From positions 1-32,364 of the forward strand of contig JAOZFH010000016.1 of assembly GCA_027491415.1 (NCBI GenBank): a stretch of DNA of 32,364 nt, read 5' to 3'. The DNA is from Thermoproteota archaeon. Lineage in GTDB: Archaea > Korarchaeota > Korarchaeia > Korarchaeales > Korarchaeaceae. Below are positions 8,882 through 17,167 of the stretch, piece after piece; within the stretch, counting starts at the first letter, position 1; the number at the start of each line of letters is the position of its first letter. The notes beneath the pieces were generated by a model. The model made no database searches. It was not told the origin of the DNA and saw only the letters and a program-made list of their open reading frames with translations. A program made the translations under genes and the position numbers.

Positions 8882-10891
8882 GTGGCGGTGCCCAAAATGA
8901 TAGAGCTGGTTCCCGTGATAATCGGCGTGGTCGCCCTAGCATTCGTGCAGTTCCTTTACTACAGTGTCTCACGCGAGGACGCGGGCACCGAGCGCATGAG
9001 GGAGATTGCCTCCTACATCCAGGAGGGCGCCAACGCCTACATGAAGAGACAGTACACGACCATCGCCTACTTCATCCTGGCCCTCGCGGTCGTCATGGGG
9101 GTGACCAGGGGGAGCCTCTCGGCCCTCTCCTTCCTGATTGGCTCGGGCCTCTCGCTGACCGCCGCGTTCATCGGCATGAACGCCGCCACGAGGGCCAACG
9201 TCAGGACCGCGGCCGCGGCCATGAAGTCGCCGGGCAAGGCGCTCAGGATAGCCTTCTGGGGCGGGGCCGTCATGGGGGTCGCCATAGTGGGCCTCAGCGT
9301 GCTGGGCATAGGGGGGCTCTACGCCGCGTTCAAGACCATCCTGGGCGGAGAGGATGCGGCCCTGGAGGCGATAGTGCCGTTCGGCCTCGGAGCCAGCCTG
9401 GCCGCGCTCTTCGCGCAGCTAGGGGGTGGCATATACACCAAGGCCGCCGACATAGGCGCAGACCTCGTGGGCAAGGTCGAGGTTGGCATCCCGGAGGACG
9501 ACCCCAGGAACCCGGCGGTCATCGCCGATCAGGTGGGCGACAACGTCGGCGACTGCGCGGGACGTGGCGCCGACCTGTTCGAGTCCTTCTCGGACAACAT
9601 AATTGGCATGATGATCCTCGGCCTGGCGTTCATGGCCAAGTACGGGGAGGCCGGCGTGCTGTTCCCGCTCCTGGCCGAGTCCCTCGGGGTCCTCTCGACC
9701 ATAGTGGCCATCCTGCTGATCCGGGAGGAGACCGGCAACCCGGTCAAGACGATCAACGTCGCCCTGCTGACCGCCGGGACGCTGAACGCGGTGGCCTTCT
9801 ACTTCCTGGCGGACAGGATGCTGGGAGACCCCGGGCTCTTCGAGTCCGCCATTCTGGGCCTGGCCGCGAGCCTGTTCGTGGGCCTCATAGTCCAGTACTA
9901 CACGGGGACCGGCTACAGGCCTGTGAGGGACATAGCCGACGCCAGCAGGTTCGGCCCGGCGCTAAACGTCATCACCGGCCTTGCAGTCGGCCTCGAGAGC
10001 GCCTTCCTGCCCCTGATAGTGATCTCCGTCGTCGTGGCCGCGGCCTACTTCCTGGCGGGCCTCTACGGAATAGCCGCCGCCACCGTGGGGATCCTCTCCA
10101 CCACCGGCATCATCATGGCCTCCGACACCTTCGGCCCCATCAGCGACAACGCCGCCGGCATAGCCGAGATGAGCGGCCTGAGCGACGAGATCAGGTCCAG
10201 CCTCGATGTGCTGGACGCCGTGGGCAACACGACCAAGGCCATCACCAAGGGGTACGCGATGGCCTGCGCCGTCCTCTCGGCTTTCGTCCTCTTCGCCGCC
10301 TACCTGCAGTCCATAAGCTCCGGAGGGTCAGCCGTGGCCATTGACATCGGCGACCCCTACATCCTCGTCGGCCTGATACTGGGAGGGACGCTGGCCTTCC
10401 TCTTCTCGGCCATGGCAATAAGGGCCGTTGGCAGGACCGCCAGCGAGATGGTCGCCGAGGTCAGGAGGCAGTTCAGGGAGATACCTGGACTCCTCGAGGG
10501 CAAGGCGAAGCCGGACTATGCAAGGGCGGTGGACATATCCACCAGGCACGCCCTCAGGGAGATGATCCCGCCGACCCTGATCACGCTGGCGGCTCCGATC
10601 TTGGTGGGAGCGGCCTTCGGCGTCAGGCCCCTGGGGGCCTTCATAGTCGGGGGGACCATAGTAGGCGGACTGCTGGCGGTGTACATGATCAACGCGGGCG
10701 GGGCGCTGGACAACGCGAAGAAGCTCATCGAGTCCGGGCTCCACGGCGGCAAGGGCTCCGACGCCCACAAGGCTGCCGTGGTTGGAGATACCGTGGGAGA
10801 CCCGCTAAAGGACACCGCCGGACCGTCGCTGCACATATTCGTGAAGCTGATCACCATAGTGGCCCTTACATTCGCCCCCCTCTTCCTCTGA
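8882..10891 (+). CDS. hppA: Membrane H+-translocating pyrophosphatase, predicted K+-independent (start possibly ATG 8897)
   Basis: GGGIYTKAADIGADLVGKVE, EDDPRNPAVIADQVGDNVGD, GDTVGDPLKD; GNTTKA has Lys at the Ala/Lys K+-dependence position. Confidence 0.95.
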   Translation: MAVPKMIELVPVIIGVVALAFVQFLYYSVSREDAGTERMREIASYIQEGANAYMKRQYTTIAYFILALAVVMGVTRGSLSALSFLIGSGLSLTAAFIGMNAATRANVRTAAAAMKSPGKALRIAFWGGAVMGVAIVGLSVLGIGGLYAAFKTILGGEDAALEAIVPFGLGASLAALFAQLGGGIYTKAADIGADLVGKVEVGIPEDDPRNPAVIADQVGDNVGDCAGRGADLFESFSDNIIGMMILGLAFMAKYGEAGVLFPLLAESLGVLSTIVAILLIREETGNPVKTINVALLTAGTLNAVAFYFLADRMLGDPGLFESAILGLAASLFVGLIVQYYTGTGYRPVRDIADASRFGPALNVITGLAVGLESAFLPLIVISVVVAAAYFLAGLYGIAAATVGILSTTGIIMASDTFGPISDNAAGIAEMSGLSDEIRSSLDVLDAVGNTTKAITKGYAMACAVLSAFVLFAAYLQSISSGGSAVAIDIGDPYILVGLILGGTLAFLFSAMAIRAVGRTASEMVAEVRRQFREIPGLLEGKAKPDYARAVDISTRHALREMIPPTLITLAAPILVGAAFGVRPLGAFIVGGTIVGGLLAVYMINAGGALDNAKKLIESGLHGGKGSDAHKAAVVGDTVGDPLKDTAGPSLHIFVKLITIVALTFAPLFL

Positions 10892-10915
10892 CCCCTCCCC
10901 CCTTTTCTCCCCCAT
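10892..10915 (+). terminator. Pyrimidine-rich terminator after hppA
   Basis: C-rich tract followed by a T run immediately after TGA, between convergent genes. Confidence 0.5.
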
Positions 10916-10929
10916 CTTCGGCCAGGCCG

Positions 10930-12174
10930 TCAGCCAGCGGGACCGCCTCGACTCCCGTCTGACCGCCACGTTCGTGGACCGGGTTCGGCCCTTGCGTACG
11001 CGCACATTCGGGTAAACAGGGCTGGGGCGAGAAAGGTCGTGACCGCGGCCACCCCCACCAGTTCCGCGTACTCCCTGAGTCCCAATGCGCCCGTCTGCAT
11101 GGCCATGCTCGCAACGACGAGCCCGAGGTCGCCCATGGGTACCATCCCCATTCCGATGGACAGGGCCTGCCTCACGGGAAACCTCAGGGCCGCGGGCGCT
11201 GCCGAGGCAAGTGTCTTGACGACCAGGGCAACCGTTGAGAGCAGGAGGGTGGCCGAGACGACACTCGACTCGAGGAACAGTCTTGGATCGACCAGCGTGC
11301 CGACGTAGGTGAAGAAGAGGGATCCAAAGAGAAGCCTGAGGCTTTCCACGAACTCGCCCACATCCTCCTCGCTCCGGGCCTCGCCCACCGCCAGTCCGGC
11401 CGAGTAGGCGCCGAGAAGAGGGCTGAGCCCGACCGCCCCAGCCCCAGCGGCCGTGATAAAGCAGAGGGAGACGGCAACCGTCTCAGCCGCCCCCCTCGCG
11501 CCCAGCCTGGCCGCCTGGTCCACGATGGGCGGGATGAGGAACGTTGCGGCGGCCAGCACGAGGAGCCACGCGCCCACGAACAGGGCGCCCCTCACGACCA
11601 CGTAGCTCAGGCTCAGGCGGACCCCGCTCTCCACGGCCCCCAGGGTAACCCCGAGAGCCGAGAGTACCAAGATGTCATTCATCACCGCAGAGTTGATGAG
11701 GACCTCGCCCACCTCACTCCCGATCAGGCCGACCTCCCTCAATGTCTCAAGTGTGATGGCCACACCCGTCGCCATGAACACGGTAGAGGCGATCAAGGCC
11801 GACTCGGTGGCCTCGCCCATCAACCGGTAGATCGCGAAGGACGCAGCGTACGGTATTAAGCCGCCGCTGAGGGCGACCAACGCGGCGAAGGTGCCCGTCC
11901 TCCTCAGACTGGTAAGCCCCATCTCTATCCCGGCGGCGAACAGCAGCATTATCACGCCGATCTCCGCGAACGCCCTGACGTACTCGTTCACCACGACCAG
12001 GGGCTCACCGAATATGACCACACCGCCGCCTAAGGCGTATGGGCTAAGGACGATGCCAGCCAGCAGGTCTCCTAGGATCGAAGGCAGCCTGAGCGACCTC
12101 ATCAGGCCAGCTAGCATCTTGCCTGTGAAGACAAGTATCCCTATCGAGACCGTCGCCCTCAGCAGTGGCTCCAT
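10930..12174 (-). CDS. Cation:proton antiporter (CPA2, NapA/Kef-like)
   Basis: LGDLLAGIVLSP, FAEIGVIMLLFAAGIE, SAVMNDI, GMVPMGD; about 12 TM segments. Confidence 0.88.
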   Translation of the reverse strand: MEPLLRATVSIGILVFTGKMLAGLMRSLRLPSILGDLLAGIVLSPYALGGGVVIFGEPLVVVNEYVRAFAEIGVIMLLFAAGIEMGLTSLRRTGTFAALVALSGGLIPYAASFAIYRLMGEATESALIASTVFMATGVAITLETLREVGLIGSEVGEVLINSAVMNDILVLSALGVTLGAVESGVRLSLSYVVVRGALFVGAWLLVLAAATFLIPPIVDQAARLGARGAAETVAVSLCFITAAGAGAVGLSPLLGAYSAGLAVGEARSEEDVGEFVESLRLLFGSLFFTYVGTLVDPRLFLESSVVSATLLLSTVALVVKTLASAAPAALRFPVRQALSIGMGMVPMGDLGLVVASMAMQTGALGLREYAELVGVAAVTTFLAPALFTRMCAYARAEPGPRTWRSDGSRGGPAG

Positions 12175-12261
12175 CGAGCGTCTTCAATCGGATCGACAAA
12201 ATTTACCTTACCGGAGGGACACCTGCCAGCCGGAGGATCACAAAAATGAGGGTGAGGGGGG

Positions 12262-12645
12262 TTACTCCCGGGTGAAGGAGGACACGTCCTTCGCCGCCCT
12301 TCCCACCGCCTTAAGCAGCTCGACCATCAGGCCCAGGCCCCTCTGGAAGTCCTCGTCCCTCATTGCGGCCATCAGCCCACCCAGCCCGACCCTCGGCGGA
12401 TCCACAAGGGCCTTGTCGAGATGAGGGTCCTGCAGGGCCCTCTCCAGCACGTCCACGAGGTCGGTGCTGACGATTCCGTCTAGTAGCTTGAACAGCGCGG
12501 ACGCTACCTTGCTGAGCTCGCTGACCAGCTGATCCGTCATCATGTCCGCCATCATTCGGTAGACGCTCAGCAGGTCTGACAGGGCCTCCAGGTCCTCCTT
12601 GCTCAGGGCCAGAGCCTCGGACTCTCGCTCTCCCATCACGGACAC
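12262..12645 (-). CDS. DUF1641-family protein
   Basis: PPRVGLGGLMAAMRDEDFQRGLGLMVELLKAVG; directly downstream of the SQR-like gene. Confidence 0.75.
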   Translation of the reverse strand: MSVMGERESEALALSKEDLEALSDLLSVYRMMADMMTDQLVSELSKVASALFKLLDGIVSTDLVDVLERALQDPHLDKALVDPPRVGLGGLMAAMRDEDFQRGLGLMVELLKAVGRAAKDVSSFTRE

Positions 12646-12652
12646 CTCCCAA

Positions 12653-13846
12653 TCACATCAGGGCCTTCAGCGTTGAGTCCCAGAAGATGTAGTAGTACAT
12701 CCTGTACACCCTCCACCCGAGCCTCGCCGGCTTGAACGGACCTAGCGGAACTCCGTACTTCCAGACCGCCAGGGTCGCCGCGCCCCTGCTGGCTGGAGTC
12801 GGCGCGCCTCCCACGTACGGGCACCCCATGTGCCCCCTGTAGAGGACCATGTCCCCCACGCCCCTGATGTCCCTTAGGATGTTCTCCCCCACCACGAACG
12901 CTTGGAAGTGGGACGTGACCCCCATCTTCGGTATCTCCTTCGGCCCAGCGTCTCCGGCCACGAAGACCTCGTCGTAGTTCCCCGCCGGACCCCTGTACTG
13001 GAGGGTGTACTTGTCCGAGGGGACCCATCCGTCCCCGTCCGTAATGCCGGAGTCCTTGAGGGCCTTGACCCCCCTGTGCGGCGGGATCGTGACGAGGAGG
13101 TCGTACTTGTACCTCTCGCCGTCCTTGGAGACCACCTCCTTCCTCTCCTCGTCCACCCTCTCGAGCTGGAACTCCCTCACGTCCCTTATCCCCCTTGCCT
13201 TGAAGTTCTCCGTGATGTTCTCGTTGTACGCCGGGGGCCCGATGTTGGGGACCGGCCAGAGGAAGGTGATGTCGAAGTCCTCCCTGTTCTGCTTCACGCC
13301 CCTGAGGTAGTCGTCCAAAATCACGGTGAACTTACCCGGGGCCCCAGGGCAGGCTATGGGCATCTTCGGCGTCATCACGACGATCTTCCCACCGGACATG
13401 GTCTTTATCTTCTCCCCCAGCCGCTTGGCGTCTTCTATGGAGGTGTAGAACGAGCTGAAGTCGTTCTTCAGGCCTGGAACGGCGCTTGGGTCGAGGGCGC
13501 AGCCGGTGGAGATGAGCAGGTAGTCGTAGGTGAACTTCCTGCCGCTCTTGACCGTGACCTCCCTGTTCGCCAGGTCGACCCTCACGACCTCCCCCTCGGG
13601 CCCGATGAAGGCTCTAACCCGAGGGCTCAGGAGCATGGCCCTCGGCCTCGTCAGGTCCTCCTCGGTGTAGTACCCGAAGGGGACGAACGTGAACCCGGCC
13701 TGGTTCACTGCGGTGGGGCTCTTGTCGAGCACCGTCACGCTGACCTTCCCCCTGGCGATGTCGGTCCTCAGGTCCCTGGCCAGCTTGTTGGCCACCATGG
13801 TCCCCACGGCCCCGCCTCCCAGAATCAGCACTCTCGTCTCTCCCAT
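12653..13846 (-). CDS. FAD-dependent oxidoreductase, sulfide:quinone oxidoreductase / flavocytochrome c sulfide dehydrogenase-like
   Basis: GGGAVG, YDYLLISTG, IACPGAP, IPPHRG, VFVAGDA, PKMG, second Cys in MGCPY. Confidence 0.8.
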   Translation of the reverse strand: MGETRVLILGGGAVGTMVANKLARDLRTDIARGKVSVTVLDKSPTAVNQAGFTFVPFGYYTEEDLTRPRAMLLSPRVRAFIGPEGEVVRVDLANREVTVKSGRKFTYDYLLISTGCALDPSAVPGLKNDFSSFYTSIEDAKRLGEKIKTMSGGKIVVMTPKMPIACPGAPGKFTVILDDYLRGVKQNREDFDITFLWPVPNIGPPAYNENITENFKARGIRDVREFQLERVDEERKEVVSKDGERYKYDLLVTIPPHRGVKALKDSGITDGDGWVPSDKYTLQYRGPAGNYDEVFVAGDAGPKEIPKMGVTSHFQAFVVGENILRDIRGVGDMVLYRGHMGCPYVGGAPTPASRGAATLAVWKYGVPLGPFKPARLGWRVYRMYYYIFWDSTLKALM

Positions 13847-14007
13847 GCTTCCACTTCCCCTCCGTCGCCTGGGCGACGGGAGCGAAACCCCAAACGCCTA
13901 TCATGTATAAATATTCTGAACCCTAGAGATTTACGATCTTTCAACAATCGATATACCGCTCGAGTCCGCCACTCCCGCCGACTTGGGGAAAGGGACCCCA
14001 CACCCGG

Positions 14008-15774
14008 CTACGGAGTGCAGATATCCTTTAGCCTCTGGTGGTAGTGCTCCAGCGCCCTCTGAACGTAGTCGGGGGATATCAGGCCGTGGGGACTCGGCGT
14101 TTCGAAGATCCTGTCCGGGATCCTGAGCCTAGACGGGTCAAAGCCCGCGTCCACCTTGAGCCTCATCCTCTCGCGGTAGATCCTCCAGCCGAGTTCCCGG
14201 AGGTCCTCTACGGAGCGCCTTATGCCGAGCGGGTCCAGGGCCTTGGAGACCATCTCTGGCCTGTAGATCCCCCTCGCAAAGAGGCACACGACTAGGCTAT
14301 TGAGGACCATTCTCCAGGCCTCCTCGGCCATGAGGTCGTCCACAACCTGCTCAGGATCTGGGAGCTCGGCCCTCTTTTGATCGTAAGAGTAGCCGGCGTT
14401 GTCGAGGTGGCTGTGCCTCCCGCCTATCAGGAAGCCGATGTGGGCGGCCGGGCCGGTGTGATACCCGGGCATCTCATTCCCGCCGAACGCCATGGCGAAC
14501 TCGGATCCTCCGTAGATCTGAGACGCCCTCTCCACACCCTGTGCCAGCGCAGAGTAGAAATCGTTCGGCTGCTCGACCAGCAGGGAGATTGCCCTCCTAT
14601 AGGCCTCGGCGTCACCCCACCTCAGCTTCACGATCGTGTCCCCCTCCCTGACCAGCCCGCGCTCCAGCGCCTCCGTGGCCCACGCCAGGGCGACGCCGGT
14701 GCTCATTGCGTCCAGCCCAACCCTCTCCACCTCGTGGATGAGCCTGAGGAGCCGCTTGGCGTCTCCAACCCCGAGCATGCTCCCGAGCGAGTAGGTAGGC
14801 TCGTAGTCGTAGGAAACGACCGTGGTCTTGTAGAAGTACTTCTCGTGGGGGTAGGGCTCTCTGATCCCCGCCAGGTGTATGCAGGCAACGGGGCAGCCGG
14901 AGCAGGCAGCCCTGCGGATCAGGTAGTTCTCGGCCATGTGCTCCCCCGAGATGCCCTCAGCCTGCTCGAACCTGCCCGACTTGAGGTTCTTGGTCGGGAG
15001 GGCCCCAATCTCGTTCAGGGGGAGGACGTTCATCGGCGTGCCTAGGTCGTGATACTTCCTCATTAGGTTGGACTTGGTGGAGAGTTCGTAGAGCTCGTCG
15101 TACACCTCCCTGTACCCCCTCCTGTCCGGGACCTCCAGGGATCGCCTTCCGGAGACCACTAGGGCCTTGAGCCTCTTGGCCCCGAATACCGCGCCGAGGC
15201 CGAGCCTCCCGAAGTGCCGGTAGGTCTCCGTGACCACGCAGGCGAACCTCACTAGCCTCTCCCCGGCCAGCCCAATCCTCATTATGGTCCTGAACCCGGG
15301 GTTCGGCTCCCTCTCCCTGATCACCCTGCCCACGGTCTCGCTGCTGGACATGCCCCACAGGGCACTTGCGTCCCTGAACTTCACCTCATCCTCGTGAACT
15401 GCGACGTACACCGGGGACTCGCTGGCCCCCCTGATCACTATCGCTTGGTAGCCGGCGAACTTGATGGCGAGGCTGCTCCTCCCCCCGGCGTAGCTCTCTC
15501 CGAGGTTGCCGGTGAGGGGGCTCCTGAACACCGCGACGGTCTTGGACCCCATCGGGTAGGCCCCATTGAACGGGCCCACCGCGAACACTATGCCGTTCTC
15601 CGGGCCCAGGGGATCGGCCCTCTCCACTCCCTCCTCCCTGGCGAGGGCTACCGCCAGGCCAACGCCCCCGAGGTACTCCTCGATCAGATCCCTCCGATCC
15701 TCCACCCAGGACCTCTTCCTGGTAAGGTCCACGTACAGGACCCTCGCCAGGTTCACCGGAAGCTTGACGGCCAC
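14008..15774 (-). CDS. aor: Aldehyde:ferredoxin oxidoreductase family (tungstopterin)
   Basis: YLGGVGLA, FRSPLTGNLGESYAGG, GLGAVFGAKRLKA, CSGCPVAC, YEPTYSLG, GLDAMSTG, NSLVVCLF. Confidence 0.9.
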   Translation of the reverse strand: MAVKLPVNLARVLYVDLTRKRSWVEDRRDLIEEYLGGVGLAVALAREEGVERADPLGPENGIVFAVGPFNGAYPMGSKTVAVFRSPLTGNLGESYAGGRSSLAIKFAGYQAIVIRGASESPVYVAVHEDEVKFRDASALWGMSSSETVGRVIREREPNPGFRTIMRIGLAGERLVRFACVVTETYRHFGRLGLGAVFGAKRLKALVVSGRRSLEVPDRRGYREVYDELYELSTKSNLMRKYHDLGTPMNVLPLNEIGALPTKNLKSGRFEQAEGISGEHMAENYLIRRAACSGCPVACIHLAGIREPYPHEKYFYKTTVVSYDYEPTYSLGSMLGVGDAKRLLRLIHEVERVGLDAMSTGVALAWATEALERGLVREGDTIVKLRWGDAEAYRRAISLLVEQPNDFYSALAQGVERASQIYGGSEFAMAFGGNEMPGYHTGPAAHIGFLIGGRHSHLDNAGYSYDQKRAELPDPEQVVDDLMAEEAWRMVLNSLVVCLFARGIYRPEMVSKALDPLGIRRSVEDLRELGWRIYRERMRLKVDAGFDPSRLRIPDRIFETPSPHGLISPDYVQRALEHYHQRLKDICTP

Positions 15775-16179
15775 TCAGCTCACCTCCCTCATCTCGATCA
15801 CACCGTAGGGGCAGTACTCGACGCAGTAGCCGCAGTAGGTGCAGATGACAGGCTTGTCCACCTCCTCGTCCCAGAGGATGGCGCCGAACGGGCAGGCCTC
15901 GACGCAGTAGCCGCAGCCGATGCACTTGTTCGGGATCAGGCGAACCCCTCCACCGTCTCTGGGAAGTAGGGCATCCTCGGGGCAGACTTTGGCGCACGGT
16001 GGGTTCTTGCAGGCCCTGCACACGATGACGACGAAACCCCTCTCGACCCCGCCCGCGCTCCGGATGTGTATGGCCGTCTTACCGTAGCCGACCTCAGCGA
16101 ATCGACGGTTACATGCCAGCATGCAGCTCCCACATCCGACGCACAGGTCCGAGTCGACCACGGCGACTCGCCTTACCAT
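15775..16179 (-). CDS. 4Fe-4S multicluster ferredoxin, AOR partner
   Basis: CVGCGSCMLAC, CRACKNPPCAKVCP, CIGCGYCVEACP, CTYCGYCVEYCP; abuts the aor start. Confidence 0.92.
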   Translation of the reverse strand: MVRRVAVVDSDLCVGCGSCMLACNRRFAEVGYGKTAIHIRSAGGVERGFVVIVCRACKNPPCAKVCPEDALLPRDGGGVRLIPNKCIGCGYCVEACPFGAILWDEEVDKPVICTYCGYCVEYCPYGVIEMREVS

Positions 16180-16251
16180 CGGACGTCTCCGTCGGGATCT
16201 CGCGTAAGTAAACAGATAACTTAATATTTCACTAATACATAATATCGATCG

Positions 16252-16797
16252 TTACCCCCTCCTGTCGAAGTAGGGGTTCTTACCCCTTGCCGCAAGCGGT
16301 ATCCCAAGGGCCACGGTCGATCCGGGGAGCAGCCCCAGGGAAATGGCGGCGTCTCCCACGCTGTACATGACTCTGTTGTCAACGTTGAGGAGGGAAGCGA
16401 GTTTGACGGCCGATCCAACCGCTATGCCCAGGTCCATGACCTTGAACTCACAGAATGGGCCTCTCATCGGCTCACCTCGGGATCTCCACGCCTCCACCCG
16501 CTCAGCACAGCTCGGGTATCCGCACATCCTGCAGTCCATGCCCAGCGCCTCCTGAGCCCTTGCGCCGATCACCACGACGCAGTCGGAGGCCTCAACGTTC
16601 CCGGCGTCCCTCTCGTAGAAGGAGTAGCCCCTCTCCCGAGAGAGTTCTCGCATCTTCTCCGCCAGCCTCAGCAGGCCGTCCCCCTTGACGATCGTGGCCT
16701 CGATCGAGTCAACCCCCTTTGCCTTTGGGGCGGTTCTCGCGGCTACCAGCATGAGTCGAGCAACCTGAATCACGGCCTCGAACCCCTGGTCCCTCAC
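16252..16797 (-). CDS. DUF2148 / ferredoxin-like domain protein
   Basis: AARTAPKAKGVD, DCRMCGYPSC, DLGIAVGSA, VDNRVMYSVG, GKNPYFDR. Confidence 0.75.
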   Translation of the reverse strand: MRDQGFEAVIQVARLMLVAARTAPKAKGVDSIEATIVKGDGLLRLAEKMRELSRERGYSFYERDAGNVEASDCVVVIGARAQEALGMDCRMCGYPSCAERVEAWRSRGEPMRGPFCEFKVMDLGIAVGSAVKLASLLNVDNRVMYSVGDAAISLGLLPGSTVALGIPLAARGKNPYFDRRG

Positions 16798-17032
16798 GGG
16801 GGGCTCTCCCAGGCGCCTTCGTCATAACCATTGTCGTCGTACCGCGGCCCAGATTGACGTCCTTGCCGAACTTGGGGAAACGCCTCGATGGTCGCCCCAT
16901 CTGCCCATTTTTCGACCCTCCAGAGTTGCCGGGACTATCTGAACTCCATTCCTTACGGGCGCTAAAATCGCTCATACACTGCCGGAAAACCACCCAACGG
17001 TTGTTGCCGGCAAGTCCTGCGTTCTCACGCGG

Positions 17033-17062
17033 GCCCCGATATATGTTACCCTTTTCCGGTAA
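17033..17062 (+). promoter_or_regulatory. Upstream 30-bp element shared with the dpp operon promoter
   Basis: GCCCCGATATATGTTACCCTTTTCCGGTAA matches the reverse complement of 29065-29094 at 21/30 positions, ungapped. Confidence 0.65.
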
Positions 17063-17139
17063 CGAGTAAATGGAGGGAAGTGATAAACATTTATGTGGTA
17101 TATTTGCTAGTGTTTTTAAGGAACTGAGGATCGTCCACC

Positions 17140-17155
17140 CGGCAACACCTTACCG
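17140..17155 (+). promoter_or_regulatory. Palindromic operator (NrpR-like geometry)
   Basis: CGGCAACACCTTACCG, about 20 bp downstream of TATA-like TTTTTAAG (17113-17120). Confidence 0.6.
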
Positions 17156-17167
17156 CTGGGTGGTCGC

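Noticed and set aside
12902-14044. 380-aa plus-strand ORF and other long shadow ORFs (e.g. 27294-28517, 18158-19150, 23369-24385, 25415-26431)
   Set aside because: Antisense or alternate-frame shadows of motif-supported genes, expected at high GC3; no recognisable motifs.
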